From Desulfobulbaceae bacterium (GTDB taxonomy: Bacteria; Desulfobacterota; Desulfobulbia; Desulfobulbales; SURF-16): DNA of 47,597 nucleotides. Location: the NCBI GenBank assembly GCA_027859235.1, contig JAQIBE010000250.1:1-47597 (forward strand), in the 5' to 3' direction. The position numbers were made by a program, and so were the translations under genes. The notes under the pieces were generated by a model. The model saw only the letters and a program-made list of their open reading frames with translations, did no database searches and was not told the DNA's origin. Positions 25,202-33,178 of the stretch are shown in pieces (the stretch's first letter is position 1; each line of letters opens with the position of its first letter).

Positions 25202-28200
25202 ATGGGAAAAGCACAGAATGCATGTGCGGGCAGTAAATCATCCGAGGAGAACAGAGCTGGTTCTGTCATGGTGGTCGGTGGTGGTGTTGCCGGCATCCAG
25301 ACAGCCATGGATCTGACTGATCTTGGGTTTTATGTCTATCTTGTAGAAAAAGGACCCGCCATTGGCGGTGCCATGGCCCAGTTGGATAAGACATTTCCAA
25401 CTAATGATTGTTCCCTTTGAATTCTGGCACCTAAGCTAGTTGAGGCCGGTCGGTCTCCAAATATCGAAATCATTAGTAATGCTGACTTTCTCGCACTTGA
25501 TGGTGAAGCGGGTAATTTTCAGGCTAGGGTTCGTCTTCGTCCCCGTTATATTGACGCGGATAAATGTACTGCCTGTGGTCTATGTACCCAATATTGCCCT
25601 CGTCATGTAACCGATGAATATAATGAAGGGTTGGACATTACCCGTCCCATTCATATTGATTATGCCCAGGCCGTGCCTGCAACATATTATATTGATCCCG
25701 ATGCCTGTCTATTTCTCAAACATGAGACATGTCAAATCTGTGTGCCGGTTTGTCAATCCAAGGCCATTGACTTCTCTCAGAAAGCCGAAGAGAAAATCTA
25801 TAATGTCGGGGCAGTTATTGTCTCACCCGGCTTTGGCAAGATCTCGGAAGAGGTGCTGAAACAATATGGTTATGGACAACATCCAGATGTGGTCACCTCC
25901 ATTGAGTTTGAGCGTATGACCAATGCCTCTGGACCGTTCCAGGGTGAGCTCAAATGTTTCAATGATGGCCGCCATCCTAAGAATCTGGCCTTTATTCAAT
26001 GTGTCGGCTCCCGGGATATCGGCTGTGACAACGGATATTGTTCCGGTGTGTGCTGTATGTACGCCATTAAGGAAGCCATTGTTGCCAAAGAGCATGATCC
26101 TGAATGTGAGATCACTATCTTTTACATGGATATCCGTACCCAGGGTAAGGATTTTGATCAGGCGAAGATCAAGGCGGAGAACATGGGCATTAAGTTTGTC
26201 CGGGCCAAGGTTGCCGATGTGATGAACTGGGGGAAACAGATTAAGTTGACCTACTCGACCATGGACGGAACCCACTCCTTTGAACCCTTTGACATGGTGG
26301 TTCTAGCCGTTGGTTTAGAGTCTCCCAAGGACGCAAAGACCATTGCTGATATAGCCGGTTTTGAGCTTAATCAGTATGATTTCTGCAGGACTGAAGAGTT
26401 TGATCCGCTGCAAACCAGTAAGGAAGGTGTTTTTGTAGTCGGAGCCTTCCAGGGGCCAAAGGATATTCCAGAGTCGGTCACCCAGTCTTCTGCTGCGGCC
26501 TCTCTTGTCTCATCCCTTATGAAGTCCAAGCGGGGAGAAGGGGTTATTCTCAAGGAATACCCCACCGAGATCCCTGTGGGCGATGATGATGAGGTTCGTA
26601 TCGGTGTCTTTGTCTGTCATTGCGGGATTAATATTTCCTCGGTTGTTGATGTGGCCTCGGTTGCTAAGGAAGCGGGAAAACTCGGCAATGTTGTCTATGC
26701 CACTGAAAGTTTATACTCCTGCTCCCAGGACGCCCAAGAGGTTCTGAAGGAGCGCATCAAGGAACATAGACTGAACAGAATTGTTATGACGGCCTGTTCT
26801 CCACGCACCCATGAGCCCCTCTTTCAGGAGACATTGAAGGATGCCGGCCTAAACCGCTCTCTGTTTGAAATGGTTAATATCCGTGATCATTGTTCCTGGG
26901 TTCATGCCCAGGAACCTGAAGCGGCTACAGCAAAATCCATTGACCTGGTGCGTATGGGTGTCGCCAAGTCCAGACATAACAAGCCGCTCCTGGAACAAAC
27001 GGTTCCTGTGACCAAAACAGCCCTTGTTCTTGGTGGTGGTCTTGCCGGTATGACGACGGCCCTTAGTATTGCTGATCAAGGTTATCCGGTTCATCTCATT
27101 GAACGGGGTGCAACCCTTGGTGGCAATCTTGCCAATATTAAAACAACATTGCGTGGTGAGTCTCCAGCAAAATTACTCAAGACCTTGACGGCGCAGATTA
27201 AGAAACAGAAACTGGTTTCAGTCTATCTTAATTCAGAGCTTGAAACGGTTTCCGGATTTGTCGGTAATTTCACCTCAGTGATTGCTTCAGGCAAGACGAA
27301 GAAGAAAAAAGAAGTGACCATTGATCACGGTGTTATTGTTCTCGCCACTGGCGGCAAGGAACATCGCACCAAGAAATTCAAACTGGGAACGGTGAAGAAG
27401 GTGATCACCCAGCTTGAGCTTGAAGCAAAGCTTGCCGGTACAGGTAAGAATCGTGCACCTGACTCAGTTGTGATGATACAATGTGCCGGCAGCCGTGGTG
27501 CTGATCTTGGTTATTGCTCAAAGGTCTGTTGTAACCAGGCCGTTAAAAATGCCCTGAAAATCAAAGAGATCAACCCTGAATCCCAGGTTATTGTTCTCTA
27601 TCGTGATATCCGCACCTATGGTTTTGCAGAGGATCAATACAAAGAGGCCCGTGAAAAAGGGGTTATCTTTGTGCCGTATAAATTTGCAAAAAAACCAAAG
27701 GTCCTCAGCGGTAAGACCGATGTGGTGGAATATTTTGACCCAATCCTTCAGGAACAGGTGACGATTAATCCAAAACTCATTGTTCTCAGTGTTGGTATTG
27801 TTCCTGAGGGAACAGAGACATTGTCAAAACTATTAAAGGCACCTGTTACGGCTGATGAATTCTTCCTTGAGGCCCATGTTAAGCTTCGTCCGGTTGAACT
27901 TGCTGTGGAAGGGGTGTATGTCTGTGGACTTGCCCATGGTCCAAAACCAATTGATGAAACCATTGTTCAGGCCCAGGCTGCTGCGGCAAAGGCCTCCATG
28001 CCCCTTGTTAAAGGTTCGGCTAAGGTCGCCCCAACCGTTTCAGTCATAGATAAGGAAACATGTATCGGTTGTGGTATTTGTGTATCCATGTGTCCTTATA
28101 ATGCAATTAAGATGCTTAAAATTGATAAGAAACGTAAAGCCGAGACCGTTCCTGCTTCCTGTAAGGGGTGTGGTATCTGTGCTTCTCGTTGTCCAACCTT

Positions 28201-28282
28201 TGCCATAGATATGGGTGGTTTTACCCAAGACCAGGTGATGGCTCAGATCAAAGCCTTTGGCAATATTGAAGAGGTAGTATAA
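25202..28282 (+). CDS. hdrA: selenocysteine-containing heterodisulfide reductase subunit A-like flavoprotein, extended form (1026 aa, Sec at TGA 25418-25420)
   Basis: ORFs 25202-25420 and 25631-28282 share a frame, and 25421-25630 has no stop. The read-through gives [21 protein letters not shown], the HdrA motif where Cys or Sec is found. There are two dinucleotide folds ([12 protein letters not shown] and [12 protein letters not shown]), plus [19 protein letters not shown] and several CxxCxxCxxxCP ferredoxin motifs. Confidence 0.88.
25418..25457 (+). promoter_or_regulatory. UGA(Sec) plus SECIS candidates of hdrA (fold uncertain)
   Basis: Fold a: ACC (25429-31) / GGT (25448-50) and GCT (25435-37) / GGC (25444-46, one G-U), with loop AGTTGA placing G,U at +22,+23. 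Fold b: GAGGCC (25442-47) / GGTCTC (25452-57) with loop GGTC. Both are weaker than the fdhA and mvhD hairpins. Confidence 0.4.
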
Positions 28283-28878
28283 TGAGTGAAGCTAATCCTA
28301 AAATACTCGGATTTCTTTGTAACTGGTGTTGTTACGCCGCTGCCGATGCAGCAGGTGTATCCCGTTACCAATATCCACCCAATATCCGTACCATACGCGT
28401 GATGTGTACAGGACGTATTGACCCCGCCTTTATCCTGCGCGGTTTCAGCGAAGGTGCTGCGGGCATCTTCGCCGGCGGCTGACAACTCGGCGAATGCCAT
28501 TACCAGTTTGGTAATTATGATGCAATCGGCGTAGATGCACTTGTTAAGAAAATTTTAACAGATGTCGGCATTGATGAAAGACGGTACAATTTGAAATGGG
28601 CCTCTGCTGCTGAAGCGCCGCGTTTTGTAAAACTTATTACTGAGTTTACTCGGACCATCCAGGAACTCGGCCCCCTCGGCCAGGCTGAAGGTATTGCCCC
28701 TGAAGAGTTGCAAGATCGTATTGCTAAGGCCCTTGCTGCGGTTGAATCTCAAAAGGTTCGTATGGCCTTTGGTACTGCCAGCAAAGCCTTACGCAAGGAT
28801 AATGTGCTTGATCCGGATACTATTATAAAAACAGTGCAGACTAAGATGGAAAAGAGTTTGGGATCAGCACTGACTTAG
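28282..28878 (+). CDS. mvhD: selenocysteine-containing MvhD-like (methyl-viologen-reducing hydrogenase delta subunit family) 2Fe-2S protein (198 aa, Sec at TGA 28480-28482)
   Basis: ORFs 28282-28482 and 28591-28878 share a frame, and the 108 nt between them has no stop. The read-through gives GAAGIFAGG-U-QLGECHYQFGNYDA, the MvhD GGCxxGxCHYxxGN motif with Sec replacing the first Cys. The ATG overlaps the hdrA TAA (taATG). Confidence 0.88.
28480..28515 (+). promoter_or_regulatory. UGA(Sec) plus SECIS candidate of mvhD
   Basis: Perfect 7-bp stem ATTACCA (28499-505) / TGGTAAT (28509-515) with apical loop GTT (G,U at +27,+28). It shares the 9-nt core CCAGTTTGG with the fdhA hairpin. Confidence 0.65.
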
Positions 28879-28903
28879 TGCAATTTTTGTAATACGTTGA
28901 CTT

Positions 28904-28946
28904 AAAAAAGGGGAGGGTGACTTAATTGTCATTCTCCCCTTTTTTT
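28904..28946. terminator. bidirectional rho-independent terminator between convergent mvhD and the SH3-domain gene
   Basis: A6 (28904-09), GGGGAG (28910-15), inner TGAC/GTCA pair, CTCCCC (28934-39), T7 (28940-46). Confidence 0.78.
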
Positions 28947-29044
28947 ACGTGGTATCTTCGTTATCAGTAAAGGAAAAACAGTAACGCTGGTTTAAATGAA
29001 GATAGGGACGTGATAGGACAAAATTGATGGGCAAGAGTAATACT

Positions 29045-29752
29045 CTACAGGGTAAGTGAGTTTCTTCTATTTTTTCTTGCAGAACGGCCAAGCAACCAAC
29101 CAAGAAGCAGAACACCTGAACCTGCCAGAAACCAAAAGATATTTTTCATTTTCTTAAGTTCTTGGTTGTCTCTTTTAAGTACAGTCACTTCTTGAGTTAA
29201 GGCCTCTTTGTCCTGCAATAATGTATCACGCTCTCCATATATTGCTTCGACCTCCTGGGATTGATCTTTCAACGTGATGTATTTACCTTCGGCTTCGGCA
29301 ACCCGTTTTTCCAAATCGCCAATACGAGATTGTAATATCGCTTCACTGGTTGTCGCCGTAGCTGTCGATGTCTGTAAAGAAAGAACCTGCGCGGCCAGCG
29401 CAGCATTTTTCATCTTCTGACTTTTGCTGTTCTTTTCAAGATTCAGGAGATCTTTTTTAAGATCCTCAATGAGACTATTCTTTGATTTGCCAGTGGCAGT
29501 ATATGACTTTTGCAGCCACCCCTCAAGACCTGAACTGGTGCGAACGCGAATATCCCCACTGTCTAACTCCTCTAAAACAGTCATATAGTCACCGGACCTC
29601 AAATAACCAATGGGCGTACTCGTGGCGGAAGGAGAATCACGCAGCGTCACAACAAGGATATCAGAAACATATCTTTCAGCAGCAACTAATCCTGAAGGGA
29701 AAAATACGATAACACAGAGTACACAGCAGAATCGTTGAAAGAACGTTGACAT
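29045..29752 (-). CDS. SH3-domain / coiled-coil / C-terminal TM anchor protein (YgiM-like)
   Basis: Signal/TM segment FCCVLCVIVFFPSGLVAA, then a bacterial SH3-like region (YVSDILVVTLRDSPS...GYLRSGDYMTVLEE...GWLQKSY), a long coiled coil and a C-terminal TM (FWFLAGSGVLLLGWLLG). ATG 29752 is chosen because the longer ORF would overlap trmL. Confidence 0.72.
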   Translation of the reverse strand: MSTFFQRFCCVLCVIVFFPSGLVAAERYVSDILVVTLRDSPSATSTPIGYLRSGDYMTVLEELDSGDIRVRTSSGLEGWLQKSYTATGKSKNSLIEDLKKDLLNLEKNSKSQKMKNAALAAQVLSLQTSTATATTSEAILQSRIGDLEKRVAEAEGKYITLKDQSQEVEAIYGERDTLLQDKEALTQEVTVLKRDNQELKKMKNIFWFLAGSGVLLLGWLLGRSARKNRRNSLTL

Positions 29753-29756
29753 CGTA

Positions 29757-30215
29757 TCAAACTCCAGATTGTTGGCGAATAGCTTCATATAGAACAATTC
29801 CTGCAGTCATCGCTAGGTTGAGACTGCGAATATTGTCGTTCGCCATGGGTAAGGTCAGACATTGCTGCTGATATTTTTCTATAATATCAGCAGGAAGTCC
29901 CTTTGTTTCTTTGCCAAATATCAAAAAATCTCCAGGCATGAACTCAGCCTTGAAATAAGGGGTATCAACCTTTGTCGTGAAAAAAAACAAACGGCTTTGG
30001 GACTGTGCCTTAAGGAAATTATCGAAATTATCCCAGTATGTTATGTTAACTTGCGGCCAATAGTCAAGCCCTGCTCGGCGAAGATGTTTGTCAGAGGTGG
30101 AGAACCCTAAAGGATGAACAAGGTGTAATGTAGTATTTGTTGCGCCACATAACCTGGCGATGGAACCGGTGTTTGGCGGTATTTCAGGCTCAACCAAAAC
30201 AATATTAAATGACAT
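29757..30215 (-). CDS. trmL: tRNA (cytidine/uridine-34 2'-O)-methyltransferase, SpoU/TrmL family
   Basis: MSFNIVLVEPEIPPNTGSIARLCGATNTTLHLVHPLGF plus a C-terminal SAM-binding knot (LIFGKETKGLP...IRSLNLAMTAGIVLYEA). The 152-aa length fits the family. Confidence 0.88.
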   Translation of the reverse strand: MSFNIVLVEPEIPPNTGSIARLCGATNTTLHLVHPLGFSTSDKHLRRAGLDYWPQVNITYWDNFDNFLKAQSQSRLFFFTTKVDTPYFKAEFMPGDFLIFGKETKGLPADIIEKYQQQCLTLPMANDNIRSLNLAMTAGIVLYEAIRQQSGV

Positions 30216-30257
30216 AACAACGCAACCAGTGAAAAAAAGCTAAGTTAGAAAAGAGTC

Positions 30258-31595
30258 CTAGAGAAAAGTCAGGGAATCCTGAGGTGTCAGGATAAAAGAG
30301 CGGACATAGAGAACACGCTTTTTTGCCGTGGAGAGCATGGCCATCAGATCGGTATTTCCAGTGGTGAAATGCAGCAGATCATCACCGGCAAGAACCGATT
30401 TTGGCGTAAATCTCATGCCAAAGGGATTCGTGTAGGTGCCATTTTGTGAGATACGATAATCAAGATGCGGCCCTGTTGACATGCCTGTCGAGCCAACATA
30501 GCCAATCACATCTTTCTGTGAAACCCGTGAGCCATTGTGTAAACCTTTCTTGAAGCCGGATAAATGACCATAGTAGGTCTTATAACTATTGCCATGTTTT
30601 AAAATAATCTGTTTGCCGAATCCGCCTCGAACCCCCTTGAAAAAAACTTTTCCATCAGCAGATGCCATAACGGGTGTACCCCTTGGCGCTGCCAGATCAA
30701 TGCCGAGGTGAGGGCGGACAACACCAAGAATAGGGTGCTTCCTCTTATATGAAAATTTTGAGGTTAAACGGCCCATGGGCAGAGGTGAACGAATAAAGGT
30801 TGAACCGATATCCTGACCATCGTTGGTGTAGTGGGCTGAATACCCCTTGCTGTCTTTAAAATAAAAGGCTTCGTAGTTTGCCTTTACAGAGGGCTGACCA
30901 TATTTTGCATATAAGATATTACCATAACCTACAATCTTTGAGTCCTGGCTATACTCTTCAAAAACAATAGTAAAGATATCCCCAGGTTGTGATTCAGTGT
31001 TAAAATCTATACGTGAGGCGAAAATGTCGGCAAAAGAGTAGGTCAGTCGCGGAGAGACATTAAGTTTAGCAAAGGCACTGAAAAGAGCCTGATCAATAGA
31101 ACCTGAAAGGCTGACCGTTTTTATCTCAAGGGGAATATCATCCTGAGAGGTAACATAAACATCGTCGTGCCTGACAATAGTGTAGCGATGGAGGGGATCG
31201 GTCTCAAAGGAGCAGCGAATCATTTCATTATCTGTATTTAAATCTATGGTGAAATGATCATTGGGCCGTAACCGTTTAAAATCTAAGCAGGATGTTAAAT
31301 TAGCGATGATCTGCTGACGAACTGTAGGCGATACATCAACACGCTTCAGTGCTTTTTCCAAAGAATCTCCAGCCTGTAGTTCCCCGTGGATGGTAGCGCT
31401 TATCTGTTCTGCAATAGGTGGTACATCTGCACGAAGTGGTTCAATATTAAGTGGCGCATTCTTCTCTGGTAAAATAGCCTTATAATGGTCCTGTTGAACA
31501 GGGTGGGTATTTTGATACCGCACTCCGATAACAGCCAATATGATGGAGATACTTGCATAGGTAAAAAGGGGTATTTTCTTCAAGATCTGTCCCAA
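30258..31595 (-). CDS. M23-family metallopeptidase (murein endopeptidase-like) with N-terminal TM anchor
   Basis: Zinc and catalytic motifs HLGIDLAAPRGTPV, YGHLS and GSTGMSTGPHLDY. The listed start is TTG, so the true start is uncertain. Confidence 0.88.
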   Translation of the reverse strand: MGQILKKIPLFTYASISIILAVIGVRYQNTHPVQQDHYKAILPEKNAPLNIEPLRADVPPIAEQISATIHGELQAGDSLEKALKRVDVSPTVRQQIIANLTSCLDFKRLRPNDHFTIDLNTDNEMIRCSFETDPLHRYTIVRHDDVYVTSQDDIPLEIKTVSLSGSIDQALFSAFAKLNVSPRLTYSFADIFASRIDFNTESQPGDIFTIVFEEYSQDSKIVGYGNILYAKYGQPSVKANYEAFYFKDSKGYSAHYTNDGQDIGSTFIRSPLPMGRLTSKFSYKRKHPILGVVRPHLGIDLAAPRGTPVMASADGKVFFKGVRGGFGKQIILKHGNSYKTYYGHLSGFKKGLHNGSRVSQKDVIGYVGSTGMSTGPHLDYRISQNGTYTNPFGMRFTPKSVLAGDDLLHFTTGNTDLMAMLSTAKKRVLYVRSFILTPQDSLTFL

Positions 31596-31907
31596 ACTGT
31601 TAATAATGAATCTTATCTGCTGAAAACTTCATACTTTGTTTACAATAAACTGGTTGTGTAAACAAGGTCCTAAAGCAGGGTAAATACCACCAATCCGTTG
31701 CTATGACAAGGTTTAACCGGTGGCACACTGTATATGGTACACCCGCACCGCACCACCACATTTAATTAAAAAATCAACTTAAGGCAAATAAAAGCGATGT
31801 CTCCTTGGTTGTTTACGTATCTTTTGGTATACAGCAAAATTGGTTTTTTTTTGATAAACCTCTAACCTACATTAATTATAGAGAATTATTTGGAGTCTAC
31901 TAAGCAA

Positions 31908-33143
31908 ATGGCTGTTATTGTCCAAAAATTCGGCGGAACCTCAGTGGGGAACCCCGATAAAATCAAAGCGGTTGCCCAGCGGGTGATGAATGTTGCCAAA
32001 GAGGGCAACAGCATGGTGGTGGTACTATCTGCCATGAGCGGTGAGACCAATAAATTTGTTGAACTTGCCCATGCCATGCAGGAGCAACCTGACCCCCGTG
32101 AGTTTGACATGTTGCTTTCCACTGGAGAGCAGGTGACCATTGCCCTCTTTGCCATGGCAGTCAAGGCCGCAGGCATGGATGTGATCTCCCTTCTGGGTGA
32201 TCAGGTCAAAATCATTACAGACGCTTCCCACACCAAGGCACGAATCAAGTCAATTGATACTGAACTTATTGAGAAATATCATAAAGAAGGTAAGATTGTT
32301 GTTGTGGCAGGTTTTCAAGGCGTTACCCCTGACCAGCATATCACAACATTAGGAAGGGGTGGCTCAGACACTACTGCCGTTGCCCTGGCGGCTGCCTTAA
32401 AGGCAGATGTCTGTGAAATTTTTACCGATGTGGACGGGGTATACACCACTGATCCAAACATGTGTAAGAGTGCCCGAAAAATTGATAAAATAAGCTATGA
32501 CGAAATGCTTGAGCTGGCAAGCCTCGGTGCTAAGGTTCTTGATATCCGTTCCGTCAGTTTTGCTAAAAGATATAAAGTACCCATCCATGTGCGTTCCACT
32601 TTCACAGATACTGAAGGAACCCGGGTGGTAGAAGAGGATGAACTCATGGAATCACTTCCCGTATCCGGTGTAACATATAATAAGAATGAAGCCCGTATTA
32701 CCATTTCCAAGGTGCCTGACACCCCAGGCATCGCAGCAAAGATATTCACGCCCATTTCCGCGGCCGATATTGTTGTGGATGTCATTATTCAAAACACCCG
32801 GGAGGGCGGGTGGACCGATATGACCTTTACCGTCCCCCTGACCGATTATGATCAGGCCATGGGCATCGTTGAAAAAGTCTGTGCTGATATTGGCGCGGAA
32901 AGTTTTGTCGGTGATCCTGACATTGCCAAGATATCCATTGTTGGTGTCGGTATGCGCAATCATTCCGCCATTGCCTCCACCATGTTTCAGGTCCTGGCGA
33001 AGGAGGGTATTAATATTTCCCTTATCTCCACCTCTGAAATCAAGGTCTCCTGTGTCATTGCCGAAAAATACACAGAGCTTGCGGTACGGGCCTTACATGA
33101 TGCTTTTGAGCTTGATAAGGCAACCCCCACGGAAGAACATTAG
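31908..33143 (+). CDS. lysC: aspartate kinase (with C-terminal ACT domains)
   Basis: VQKFGGTSVG, LGRGGSDTTAVALAAAL and FTDVDGVYTTDP, plus two ACT-like repeats. ATG 31908 (MAVIVQKFGG) is preferred over TTG 31890. Confidence 0.94.
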   Translation: MAVIVQKFGGTSVGNPDKIKAVAQRVMNVAKEGNSMVVVLSAMSGETNKFVELAHAMQEQPDPREFDMLLSTGEQVTIALFAMAVKAAGMDVISLLGDQVKIITDASHTKARIKSIDTELIEKYHKEGKIVVVAGFQGVTPDQHITTLGRGGSDTTAVALAAALKADVCEIFTDVDGVYTTDPNMCKSARKIDKISYDEMLELASLGAKVLDIRSVSFAKRYKVPIHVRSTFTDTEGTRVVEEDELMESLPVSGVTYNKNEARITISKVPDTPGIAAKIFTPISAADIVVDVIIQNTREGGWTDMTFTVPLTDYDQAMGIVEKVCADIGAESFVGDPDIAKISIVGVGMRNHSAIASTMFQVLAKEGINISLISTSEIKVSCVIAEKYTELAVRALHDAFELDKATPTEEH

Positions 33144-33178
33144 AACCTGGCCCTGACGCCAAGTAAAGAGATGGTCCC

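Noticed and set aside
25202-25420. 72-aa ORF (and likewise the 66-aa ORF 28282-28482 and the 825-aa ORF ending at 23441) taken as independent genes ending at TGA
   Set aside because: In each case the frame continues open past the TGA into the next same-frame ORF. The TGA sits at a family-conserved Cys/Sec position, so these are N-terminal parts of selenoproteins rather than separate small genes.
25614-25859. 81-aa + strand ORF and 86-aa - strand ORF (25048-25308) around the start of hdrA
   Set aside because: They are out of frame with or antisense to the continuous hdrA reading frame, and they have no motifs or RBS support.
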